Shown here: positions 36,601-47,552 of the stretch, in pieces
Layout of the letters: every line of letters starts with the position of its first letter
Position numbering within the stretch: position 1 is the first letter of the stretch
Source of the DNA: Fimbriosthenelais zetlandica
Taxonomy: Eukaryota
DNA: 64,000 nt
Direction: 5' to 3'
Assembly: GCA_977030845.1 (NCBI GenBank)
Contig: OZ365113.1
Span: forward strand, 14,942,001 to 15,006,000
The notes under the pieces: generated by a model
What the model was told of the DNA's origin: nothing
The model's database searches: none
Seen by the model: only the letters and a program-made list of their open reading frames with translations
Made by a program: the position numbers and the translations under genes

Positions 36601-38667
36601 TAATAATAAAATACTCTACATGTAATTTATGCAATACTTAAGGTAGAAATTCAATTTAACATAACTATTTCATTCTCTCTCTCTCAATCACACATAGCCT
36701 ACAAACTCCCTCTCTTTCGCAAAGACAAACATAATATGTCATGTATATCATGTCAGTATGTGCCTGTTTGTCCAGCTGAGTTACTCTTGGGGAACTATAC
36801 ACAATAATACATGTCTACGTCAGTCGTTGCCCCATATATCAATCTTACTTTTTTCGGTCATTCAAATAAACCAACTAAGTTCTCAGGCAGCCCATGCAGC
36901 ATTACTTACCATCCTTGCTGTGATGTCACGAAGCAGAGCAGCGTCCTGGCGTCTGGAGGCTGAGCTCAATGCATCATGGTCATCACAGACATACCTGTGG
37001 ATTCTTTGGGCCTTCCGAGCAGCTGGCTCCCCAAAACCGTAGTCATAGTTCACCTCAACTGTTAAGATAACAGATAGAACTATGTAACTCTTCTCAAGCT
37101 TTTACCGAAGAGTAACCCTTGGTTTGCGATCAGACTGCACAACATTTTAGTGCAATTTAATTCAATGACCTTTATTGAATGTCATTCATAGTGCCTCTGA
37201 AGGACAAGCTCAAGGTTGGAATAGTAAAATCACAAAATTGCGTTAAAAGCCTCAATTAAATTGACACTGCACGCAATTATATATATGTGTATAAAGTAGA
37301 TGCAAGTGGTAAGACGAACTTACCTACGGATGGGGGCACGGACCTGCACCTCCTTGTTGATAGCGCTACCATACTTGATTTGGTTTCGTAACGGAAGCCC
37401 TGAAATCACAAGTAGGAAGTCCCTGTACCGATTGAACAATTTGATTGTAAACAGAAGATTTCTAATGTATGCTCCCTGATCCAAGTCAGCCATGGAAGTT
37501 TCTTTCCTTGAGTAAGAAATAATATAATTATTTGAAATTCACACTGCCAATTTCGCAACAGAGAAGCTATCCACAGAATCGATCGTTTCGTTTTTTTTTG
37601 TGGCTGTTCCACCACTCAGGAAGCATACATATAATCGAAATTACTCCATCCAGCCAATATGCTAGTTTCAATTAGCAGATGTATACAAACATACAAAATA
37701 GTACATTCAAGAGATTAATGTCCGAACAGCACATTAATCACGATTTGTTTGCACAAATAGCATCCCAGGTGATCACTTCATAGGTCTACAAATCCGGGAT
37801 GATTTGCATTAACTCAGGATTGCATGAGAACATGAATATATTGGATGAGATGCTTTCTTTTTTCGGGGTTAGAGGCAGCCATTCTTATGAATGTTATCTT
37901 ATAATTATTATTGGATGTGGAGAAAGAGAATGATTAGAGTAGAGAAATAAAGAGTTCAATAACAAGAATATAAATCGGAAAACTTGATGCCTAAAACAAG
38001 AAATGAGTAGTAAAAAAAAAAAAAAAAAAAAAAATGTCGGTGATAAAGAATTTTGTCAAGATTTTCACCTGGCATCTATATCTTGGTAATCTAAACATAA
38101 TGATAGAAATATTATGATTACTCTGCTGAAAAACTTGACCTGGCATTTCAATCATTTTCATTATACAATGTATGCATGCTGATTTGAATACGATTATATT
38201 ATCATGCAAGATATGGTTTCTTCTTAAATAGTATCACGCCAGTAAAAACCTTATAAATGAGGCTGCATTCAGATGATGTACTTAGGAGAATTCAGGTGAT
38301 ACGAAATACATTTATGATATACAAGATTAAATTCGCAAACAATGAATATTGGTACACAAAGGAAAGGATGGAAGTGGTATTCCGTATTTTATACATGGTC
38401 CGGCCAAAATCCATTGCAATGCATGACCTATGGACTGCAGAACAGAACCAGTTTATATTGGTATATATGTGTATTAGAACGAGGGCAGAGTTTCAAACAG
38501 ATTGGTCACCCCTTTGTGGTGGTACGACACTGCAGTTTTGGTCTTCAGAGAGTAAGGAAAGGTATTTGTACGTCATAAGGAAATGATCACATCAATCTAT
38601 GGTCACAGCACACCAGTCAGGTGGGATTCTCTGTACTTGTAGCTATACTTACTTGTCCCTTAGCCAT
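18646..38667 (-). CDS. Uncharacterised multi-exon Pro/Arg/Tyr/His/Ser-rich protein (~780 aa, or ~1070 aa with the optional 35-kb exon); possibly a muscle filament-associated protein
   Basis: complement(join 38667..38653, 37399..37324, 37058..36910, 33710..33456, 31768..31595, 30949..30854, 27562..26510, 23331..23230, 22416..22217, 20602..20464, 18741..18646). Every junction is GT-AG with matching phases (0,1,0,0,0,0,0,0,2,0), and the peptides join naturally across them (RQARGALSRLE|RELS, RAADIE|SRLESM, KYDELAARYTR|MPQLERY). The protein ends ...LSEARKRAREVLCKTKGDPGYYDY*. The start is uncertain because the exon is open from 38699. The function is inferred. Confidence 0.8.
26009..26077. mobile_element. 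Small inverted-repeat element (MITE-like)
   Basis: 27-bp arms GGGGCCTGTTTCAAAAGGAATATTAGC and GCTAATATTTGTTTTGAAACAGGCTCC with 3 mismatches. Confidence 0.6.
26112..26170. repeat. 20-bp tandem repeat (TTTCTTTTGCGACATCGTCG) x3
   Basis: Two exact units and one diverged unit are directly visible. Confidence 0.9.
26510..27562 (-). CDS. Large (351-codon) exon of the uncharacterised gene, S/T/P/R-rich
   Basis: Open reading frame TVQDTTNDKMVFVVASHTM...FSYRRKPPTPK. Acceptor GTCTGTAG|ACC and donor CCTAAG|GTAATG are both phase 0, so the exon can be skipped. It could also start at its own ATG (27535). Confidence 0.8.
29167..29219. promoter_or_regulatory. Intronic cluster of three E-boxes, a MEF2-like site and an RFX X-box
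   Basis: CAGCTG 29167-29172, CTTAAAATAG 29176-29185 (one mismatch to the MEF2 consensus), CAGGTG 29188-29193, CAGCTG 29197-29202, GTTGCTATGGTAAC 29206-29219 (perfect X-box consensus). Motif match only. Confidence 0.45.
31372..31385. promoter_or_regulatory. RFX X-box-like palindrome GTTGCTATGGCAAC
   Basis: Exact match to GTHNYY-AT-RRNAAC in an intron. Motif match only. Confidence 0.35.
34430..35329 (-). CDS. Large optional K/E/P/D-rich exon (~285-300 codons) of the uncharacterised gene
   Basis: 298 open codons (LEDWCKKINPP...DPDEEVVNEEE) end at a phase-0 donor GAGGAG|GTAATG. The best acceptor (CCCCTAG|, exon start 35329) is in frame but is followed by ATA TAA. A weaker in-frame acceptor would start the exon at 35284. 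Confidence 0.65.
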
Positions 38668-39639
38668 GTCTTTATCATTAGCTTCCGTCGTATCAGGACC
38701 TGACAGATGAACAAAATATAAAAAAAGTAATCCTTACACAAAAGCCTTTAAGATGCAACCCGATACGTGTATCTTTATAATCCATGGAGTGATATACAAT
38801 CGCTTTTAGTTCCTTGGCTTATGGGGCTTTTCCTCTAAGGGGTCCTAATGAATATTGGCACATAAATGCATAGTTCATGAACAAAGCGATTCGTGACAGG
38901 CAAATATATGCTTTTCAGGTTGCAAACCCAAGCAACAAAGAGAAGACCAACTTCTCTGAGGCTATTTTTGTACTCAAAGTATACTGCCAATTAGACCTCA
39001 GGTATTAGGCCTACCCCGTATTATGGCATTATGATGAAAAGGCCCTTGTACAGCAATGGTTGCAACATAATTATGTGAATATAGGTGATGGAGAACGATT
39101 CCACTTCAGTTGTTTTGCAGGTATCATATATATTTCTCAAAAATTCATGTTATCAGGAAAGTAGTTATCTTCTCATCTTCATCGACAATCGAAAGTCAGG
39201 TTGGATTTACATGGCGACATTTTCTGGTCAGTCAAATATCAGAATTCTGTGCCCCTAGACCGGATTACTATGTACATGATTTGTAGTTGGAGTGAAGGTT
39301 CTGAAAAATGGTAGTTCAAGGCAGGGGTAACCCACGTCTCATAGTATGACGCACCAAGGAATTCATCCCTCTCATGATAGTCTTGTCTTGTTACCCTTTC
39401 AAAATATTCTGTTGGTAAGTTCAACCTATACAGAATGCTAGCTCAATTTAGCAAGGGTTAAGGGACATGATGAACTCGTACCATTAGCGTATAAAACGAA
39501 AAGACTTTGTCTAGGCCTACCATGTTTTATGTGGACATTATTACCTGACCCGAATAGGATTTATATATAAGACCTTATTAAGACAATAAATTAGACTATT
39601 TGTCTAATCAAATATTATATAATATTTGCCTTCTACATA

Positions 39640-41330
39640 CCATCGACCTAAGTCTATGCTTCCTACCATGCAGCATTTGGCTTTACACATGATCTTGGTA
39701 ATCTTTGCCTTCCAAACCTGTTTCTATTTATGGGACAAGCGCCTGTTTCCTTTCAGCAGATCAAGCTTTGCGATACAGGAGACATGCGGGCAGAAAGCCA
39801 GAATTTTTCATTCAATTGATTTTGCGCCTCCACCTATGGACAAAAATGCTTTTGAAGACCTAATAGACTGCACCAGTTACTTTACACCTGCTCTTGAATA
39901 TTTGGATCATGAACCCGTACCTTTGCATATGGAAAAAGGTCACATGGGATTCGGAAAGGCTGCCATGGCAGGTAATAAGCACCCAAGCTTTATAGGCTAG
40001 AAAGCGAGTTTGTATACATACAATTTGGGTCTATTTTTTCCCAATGCTGCCATTCTGTCTATATTTAAGACAACAAAACATAGACATACAATCTGAGGTG
40101 TAGGTGGAATACCTGTATTGGTCTAACTGTTGTACAGCAAGCTGTACGGTCCAAAGACATTGTAGGACAGCGAGAGAAAGAAACTGGAAATGGAAAGTGT
40201 ATCCAGCATAACCAATATCCATGGAAAACAGGGGAAATTGGTATATATAATATGCATAATATGTACACGCACTTTAATTTGTAATTCGTTGGTAATGAAA
40301 AATAAAATCGATCTACTTAGGCCTGTTTAAACAAGAAACGATTAAAGTTATAAATATATTATCATATATATGTTGTCCTGAATTTCAACACTAGGAAATT
40401 GAGGAGTGAATGATCTTCTGACCTGGGTATGCCCTTCCTGTTTGCTTTTCATAATCAAGCTTATTGCTTACAAATCTATCAATGTGATGGTCACTGTCCT
40501 GGTATTTATCAACCCAATTACTTTCTCCCGGCATCTTAAAACTGTAAGAATCCTTCAATATTAGTGTATTCCTCTGACCAATTGCCTCTGACTTGCAATG
40601 GAGTCCAGTTCAAGTAGGGGTATCAGATGTCATAACAGATACCCAATCTTGTAATTTCCATTTATCTTTTCTCATTCTTCGTGCCTACTTCCGACGGTCT
40701 AGCCTGAATTCCGTTTTAGACCTTTAACTTTAATTTTGATTTAGCCTAAAGCTTTAAAGTATTGGATCCATGCTCGTTCCGAGACCGCTCCTGGTCTCAA
40801 CCGTTCCTCATGTTATGCCAATGATCCTGCAGACTAGTGGAGGAGAGGAGTTAGCAGAGTATAGGTCTACCCAAGGACTCCCATCAGCCAGGTTCGCCAG
40901 TGTAAACTTTCCTGGATCCCCCACCCTCACTGCACCCCATGCAGCAGAGGCTGGTGAAAGGAGGGGTAAACTCCAGAGCACCAATGGTCTCCATGCTATT
41001 CCCTATGTCCTACAAGACATGAAAGTGGTCCACCGAGTTATCCCCCAAAGTTCTTCCCCTCCAAATGTAAAACAGAACCAGCTGCAGCAGTTTGATATTG
41101 AGGAGGTAAAACTCACAAGCAGTCGGCATGTTCATGACGTGGCAATTGCCAGTTGCTTCCGATGGATAAGGCAAAAGGGTGAAAGACTAGATTGTTCACC
41201 CCCTTCTCTGCCTGTGGCTGACGCGTTGCTAGCTAGCTCTTCTTTCTTCTTTAAGAGGGATACGGTTGATAGTGTGGGCGGATTGAGGTTTCAGGTGAAT
41301 GGTTTCCATTATCACTTTAAGGGGAGTTTC
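39640..41330 (-). mobile_element. Decayed DIRS-like (tyrosine-recombinase) retrotransposon relic
   Basis: Frameshifted, stop-ridden minus-strand peptides occur in DIRS order. An RT N-terminal-like W.IT..DHF.VL..I....LEFTPP lies at ~41040-40957. RNase H-like LQVRGNWSEE..NIE lies at 40598-40569, and KQEGHT (compare NKQGGT) at ~40446-40426. A weak recombinase-like RP..PPTPQIV lies at ~40130-40090. Recognised by eye only. Confidence 0.5.
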
Positions 41331-42380
41331 TCTCTTAAATTCTACACATATAAAATACATTATTAATTTCATTTTCATCAACACACTTAATGTTAACTAT
41401 GCAGTGTCAGCATTAGTCATAATATCAGGAACCTATTATATAATGAACTTGGTATCTTTGCCTCATAAACGAAGCTGGTAATTCATACCACTGAAAATCC
41501 TTCAAATGGTCTCTGTCATAAAGCCATTGCAAAACCTTGCATAAACCTTTTAGTTCCTTCTCTTATTATGTGATTATTTTAAGCAATTTGTCCATTCATA
41601 CATTCGGTTATGAGATTGCTATTGTGAAAGTGAAAATCCCTGTCCATTTATCATAGAACGTACTGGTATCTTGTTCACCTATAGATGGTGCATGGTGAGG
41701 TCCAGTTCTCCCCTTACTGAGCAGTAGGCAGTCAAGATGCCAGCTAGGCAGGAAGTAAAAATGAGTACCTATAACACAAACAAACAAATGACTGCTCTAG
41801 ATATTCAGCAGGAGACCTGGTAAGCCCAGCAATGTTCACTTCCAGTGCCGAGGCACAGGAACTGTAGTCTACCAAACTCTAATCATTGATTGATGGTAAT
41901 GAGTTTTGGTGGAGTTACCTGGTGCTGCCTGTATGCTGATATGACTCAGCAGCCCTATACTATAGATGCAAGCTTGGGCTGTTCAACAGATTTCGAAGAA
42001 AATGCAATGGGTATTTGAGCATTTAAAAATCCTGAAATGTGGGATCACTGTCATTAAACATACATATGATACGAGTTCTATGACGGAGGCCACTCGACGA
42101 TGTACCGACCAAGGAGGTCAATGTACATGAAGTTGAATGTGATACATATTGAGTTTAGGCAGTTTTAGTGGTTTCAGTTCACATAAAGGACCTCTCAGAC
42201 CTGTTAAACAGGGATCTATCATGATAGGTGACAACTAATGGTCATTCCGTGATATTTTCTGGCATATTTAAAGCCTTCTAGCAAATAAGCATTTTCCCAT
42301 TGACTGCCATCATATCATCAATATGGTTGACGTCTATATTGTTTTCGGCCTCGACTGAATTCTTAAAGGGACGCCAATAC

Positions 42381-42931
42381 AAAGTAATTTTCCTAGGTAG
42401 TTCTGATCTTACATAGTTCATTTCACTACAATTTATAGCTGGCTGATGTATCAGTAGACAGAAATCAATTCCTAAACATGATAAAAATCCCTCCACCCGA
42501 AATCAATGGGCAGCCATCTCTTAGCAATTACGATGTCACAGGATGTCACATGGATTTGGTTAGCCAACCAGAATAAGGAAGGAACTACATGTAGTGCATT
42601 TCCATTTTCAACACAGTGAGACGCCATCTAACAGTCCAGTCTCAGTGGTACTGCCCTGTGGTAATGTCCAACCCCTTCCTTATTCTGATTGGCTACTCAA
42701 CATCATGTGACATCCTGTGACATCATACTTGCAAAAGAGGCTGTCTTTCATGAATATCTTGCCCTTACTTATGTTGTTTAGGTATTGATTTCTCTCTACA
42801 GTCTGTTCATCTAAGTTGATCCGAAACTACCATACATATGTACTGTAGTTTCGGATCAACTTAGAGTGAACAGACTGTACTGAGATAGCCAGCTATAATG
42901 TGTAGTGAAATCCATTATCTAAGGTCAGAAC
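42381..42931. mobile_element. Fold-back MITE, copy B, carrying a nested insertion
   Basis: It shares AAAGT.ATTTTCCTAGGTAGTTCTGA.CTTA, GAAATCAATTCCTAAACATGATA and CCCCTTCCTTATTCTGATTGGCTA with 13985-14428. It ends ...ATCTAAGGTCAGAAC. Confidence 0.85.
42799..42877. mobile_element. 79-bp hairpin MITE (Tc1/mariner-type ends, TA target-site duplication) nested in fold-back MITE B
   Basis: TA|CAGTCTGTTCA...TGAACAGACTG|TA is a near-perfect palindrome. Removing it and one TA restores the host arm. Confidence 0.9.
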
Positions 42932-45900
42932 CTTCTATTTGAGCAACAACAAAATCGCTTCCATTATGCATTGGCATTTGATCCGCCTATAACTAGTTGC
43001 TACTACAACACCAAATTTCAAAGGTATTCAAAGGCGTGGTTTTAACTAGCGAAGTGATTGATGGGATGTCGCATACCCGACATTTAAGCATATGGTTCAC
43101 ATAAGTTTATAACACATTCATTTCGTAAAAGGCTGATGCATTATACTGTTTGGCAGTGGAAAAGGGTCCAGAAACAGAAGTGGAATGTCAGTCATTATTA
43201 AATTTGGACACGTTTACAAGTTGTAGAAGAAGCAGAATGGACCTGGCAGAAGTCAACTGGAGATGCCAGGCTTTCAATTGTGATTCCCTGACCCATGCAT
43301 AATGGGAAATTCGCCGTTTGAAGCTAACCGTTATAATGCAAATAGGACATCTTTAACCAGGATTTGAAGTTACTCTCGTTCTTTCTTATTGTGAAATTCA
43401 AGTGTTCGTCAGTCGGGTATTATAATGAGACTATCTGTACGGTGTTGTCCTCTGACTGGAACTTAGTCGTTAGTAACACATCATTTGTCATGGAGTTGAG
43501 AAAAGCTACTAGCTCTAATCACCTTCAGAGTTTAGCAAGCTCGCCAGCTGTTCCGTCAGTCTGGACCATTAACATCAGCATTGTTTTAATGTTGAACCTA
43601 GGCAACATTTAAATTGATCTGCTCTAGAGTCAAAGCAATATGTCCCATTCTAATGCAAAGAATTTTGTAATATTACAAGTAGCAAACCATGCAGACATAA
43701 GCTAGCTGTCCCAGTTCAAATCGCACATCAACTACTTGTAGTGTATAAAGTGTTGCGACTAGAGATCTCAGGCGAGCAGGTGAGCAATAAAATACCAAAT
43801 TTACTTTCAAGAGGCACCCTCGGGTCATTCCTGGCAGTATCTGATGGGGCAATCTGAGCTGAGCCAATGTTGACTTTGGAAGTCTATCCCTGCTATATAT
43901 GAATACCCTTCTAGAAGCAGTATAGAATCATCACATTTTCTTGAACAAGGCGAGAAAAACATTTTCATTAAAAATACATTCTTTCTAAGGACTAAGGATG
44001 GAGGTATCGGCAGAGGCATAGAGCACCCCAAATGCTCGGCAGGAGGTCTGGCAGTATAGCTGGCTGGTGGGTGGGGGGTGGTTTTGCTGTACTGTGTACT
44101 TTTTCGGCAAGGCAGTGTTTTTCAACTTCGGTATATATACATTATGCATGACAATTAGAGAAAATGGATTTACCATCGACTAAGCAATATCAAAAGTGGA
44201 ATGTGTATAAAATCATGAAAGTTCTGTCCATAGAAAGAAGTCAGTATATGAAATCCAAGTTAGGCCGACTTAAATTGACAGCCATATTGTCTCAAAAGCA
44301 ATATTAGAATATTAGAATTCTATTGGTTCTTAAAACGTATGAAAGTTACAACTCCAAGGATATTGATAACTCAAAAATAGTCGGCAATCGAATGCAAAAC
44401 AAACTATTTTTGTTGATCTGGGGAACAAGTTCAGAACCTCTGTCGTCAAGCTACATGCACAGGCATGTTGATCAGTTTTGGACCAGCTTCCTACTCGACA
44501 TTCGTTGTCACTTTCTTCACTTTACTTGTCTTCCTGAACACTAGTCTAGAATGCTGAAGAAATTGAAGCACCAACTGTAATCAGATGTGCTTTGACAGAG
44601 TGGAAATCTGGTAGCTGTAGGCCTGGTCATGTTTATTTCTTTGCCCTGCAGGCTAGAGAGATGTTTAGATAAACCCCAACATTTCGCCATTATCAGAATA
44701 GGGAACCTGTTAGAGTAGGCGGGACTAAGCAGCTATCCAAAGTGTCCATACAACTAAATAGTTCGCAGACGATGGTTATGAAACAAGTTTGTCTGAATTG
44801 GCTCTAGCTTGCGTGTAAATGTTAGCTCTTGTTTCTTTAAACCTTTCCTTTCATACAACAAGGAAGGCTCGTCATTTATGCTTGCACCGGGTATAGATTT
44901 TGGCTGTGTCCCGGCTTTGTACCCCCAGTCCCCCACCTGGCCATTTTGTTTTGGCTCCACCTCCCATATAACTCCCATAACTGCTCCTCCTGAAAGATCA
45001 TATTTTAAGAGTTATTCGTCACAAAAGGATCAAAGAAGACGGTGGTCAAAAATATTCCCTTACCTACGGTGGTATATAATGACGAAAATGGTCGGCAAAC
45101 TGTCGCCCCAGGTACTCGCAGGGGTGAAGGAGGTAGTAGAAAGAGGAAGGCCCAGACAGTGGTAGGACAGATGTGTGATGTGCCGTGCTTGCTAAGCTGC
45201 TGAGGGCCGACCGACAAACCAAGCCAGAAACTCTTCCCCCTCTTCCACCACCTCCTTCTACTTTTCCTGCGGCTCCTGCTCCCCTCCTGCTCCTGCTCCG
45301 CCTCCTGCTCCTCCTCCTCCTGCTCCTCGAACCTGGGACCCCCCTTTTCGGGCTATAATTAGTCTGCCTTGAAGTACAGGCCTCCACGCAAACGCAGAAG
45401 AGTTCCTCCAGCAAAATATTAGGTCGCTGAGGCTGGGGAGGCCAGAGTAACGCAGGATGGTTAGATGCTGATGAGCAGAACAACAGTGCAATACTAAGAC
45501 CTGCCCATACACATTTACCAAGACTAAACTCCTCAATTCAAGTTCGAAACCAGTTGTTCTCACTGATAGTCAGAACACCCCTTACCATGGAAGAGAGTTG
45601 GATATTCATTGTCCGGGATTCATTGCTCGCGTTAAAACCCTATGAGGACTGATTAAGAAGCAATTAAGTCATTTTTCTCCATATGTTTGGTTAGTTGCAA
45701 AATACACATGGTTTTAATGCAAGCGAGGGACAGTCCAGAATCTGCCAGCGAAGGGTAGAGCGAGGACATCCTGGAGTAAACAGTCTACAGCTTACAGCTC
45801 TCCCTCCTCCACCTTTTCCTCCGCCCACATGGACCCTCCCTTCCAGGAGCAGATTCCTTGCATTACCAGCTCCCCCCATGCTAAAAATGGCAATGTAGTG

Positions 45901-46707
45901 CTCCTTTGGCCGACTCACTGGAGTGGCAGTGGATAAGTACAACTTCCCCATCTCCGACACATCTCTCATCCCCCATGAACTGCTTGCTTGGCATTCTTTG
46001 ACCACTACTCAGTAATCACATCTGAAATGTGTACATACATGCAAGGATAAATGCTACCTGCTCAAATCGTCAAAATATCAGAGGATGAGATAATAAAGAA
46101 ATCTTTTCATAATACTAACCATTGTATGTAGAATATGACTAGAAAAACATTGGTATTCCACATTCAGTACATGATATGTATTAAAAGGATATACCACGAA
46201 TATTCTCTTTATACCACGACTAGAATATTATCTTTTTACCCCGAATAAGTCACAATATAATGAATTCGCATTTCCTAGTGTTAGATACAAAATAATTTTC
46301 TTTCTAGCTACAGGGCAAATATTGAAGGTGGAGAGTTGCTGAATGGTATAATCACCTATAATATATACGCTAGAGTGTACGGAGATGAACTATGGAGTAC
46401 CTGCCTCTATGTCTGGCACCTGTCTGGCAATGGCACTCGTGATATGATGACTAGAGTGTTTAGATGTCTACAGTATGACACAGCTTTACACCTCGTGTTG
46501 ACGATATGGTGTAAAGCTGACGCTAGGAAAATAAAAATATATAAATACAAGCATTGATTTGATGCAAGAAAAATGATGACCGGAAATCTAAGTTGACATT
46601 ATTCCAAAACTACTTATTTTTGTATTTCATTATGCCCATTATAGTGCAGAAGATAGACACAGGTACATCAGGGTACACAGGGACCTTACATCAGGTCTGG
46701 TCATCAA

Positions 46708-46961
46708 AGGCCAGACCTGGAGCTGGAAGGGCCAGATCTTGAGCTGGAAGGGTCAGATTTTGAGCTGCAAGGGTCACACAGCTGGAAGGGCGGGACCTCG
46801 AGCCGGAAGGGCAAAATCTGGAAGGACTATAGGTGCAGATATGGCCAGATCTTGAAGGGTCAGATCTTGGGATGAAAGGGCCAGATCTTGGGATGAAAGG
46901 GCCACATCTTGTTATGGGAGGGCCATGTCTTGGGCAGAAATGGCCAGACCTCAAGCTGGAA
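46708..46961. repeat. Degenerate 21-bp minisatellite (consensus GGGCCAGATCTTGAGCTGGAA), ~12 units
   Basis: Units such as GGGCCAGATCTTGAGCTGGAA, GGGTCAGATTTTGAGCTGCAA and GGGCCAGATCTTGGGATGAAA (x2) are directly visible. Confidence 0.85.
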
Positions 46962-47230
46962 CTTTGGTTTGCCTCATTGGATGATCCCTAGCTATAATTT
47001 CACACATTCTAATTAAATAAACATTCAATCTTCACTTTTAATTACCACCCAGACCGGCCCGAGGCGAGTTCTATCTAGGCCTATAAGCCTAGTTTTAATG
47101 CATTCATCCTATAGGCCTAGGTCGAAAGAATTAGGTTTAGGCCTATTTTTTATCTAGCCTTGTAGGGTGCCATTAGATCCTTTGTGAAAGGAAAGAGAAA
47201 CCAATTTCCAACTTGTCAAAATAAGCTATG

Positions 47231-47279
47231 CAAATCATTACCATTCATGGTGGCACCATGCATGAATGGTAATGATTTG
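47231..47279. repeat. Perfect 19-bp inverted repeat with an 11-nt loop
   Basis: CAAATCATTACCATTCATG (47231-47249) / CATGAATGGTAATGATTTG (47261-47279). Confidence 0.95.
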
Positions 47280-47552
47280 TAAACATTGGCTGCATCATGC
47301 ATGACAACACCCACAACCCAATCTAGGCCTACAGAGAGTAGAGAGAGAAAGAAGACAATGGACCTACTGTTTAGTGTTTGTCACACGTACTGCCACTGGA
47401 ACCATCTGTTTAATATAGGCCTAATCCTCTCCGTTGCTGTTGTCATCTTGTTGTTTCAGGGGTGGTTCCGAAGCCTTTAAGGTGAATATAAGCAAGAAAT
47501 CGACGTAAATCCAGCTGCATATCATGCTCTGATTTCGGAAATTTAGTCCATA

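Noticed and set aside
40770-41366. 198-aa plus-strand ORF
   Set aside because: Antisense to the DIRS-like relic, with no protein family signal.
45258-45563. Gly/Ala-rich minus-strand ORF
   Set aside because: Produced by a (CCT/GCT) simple repeat.
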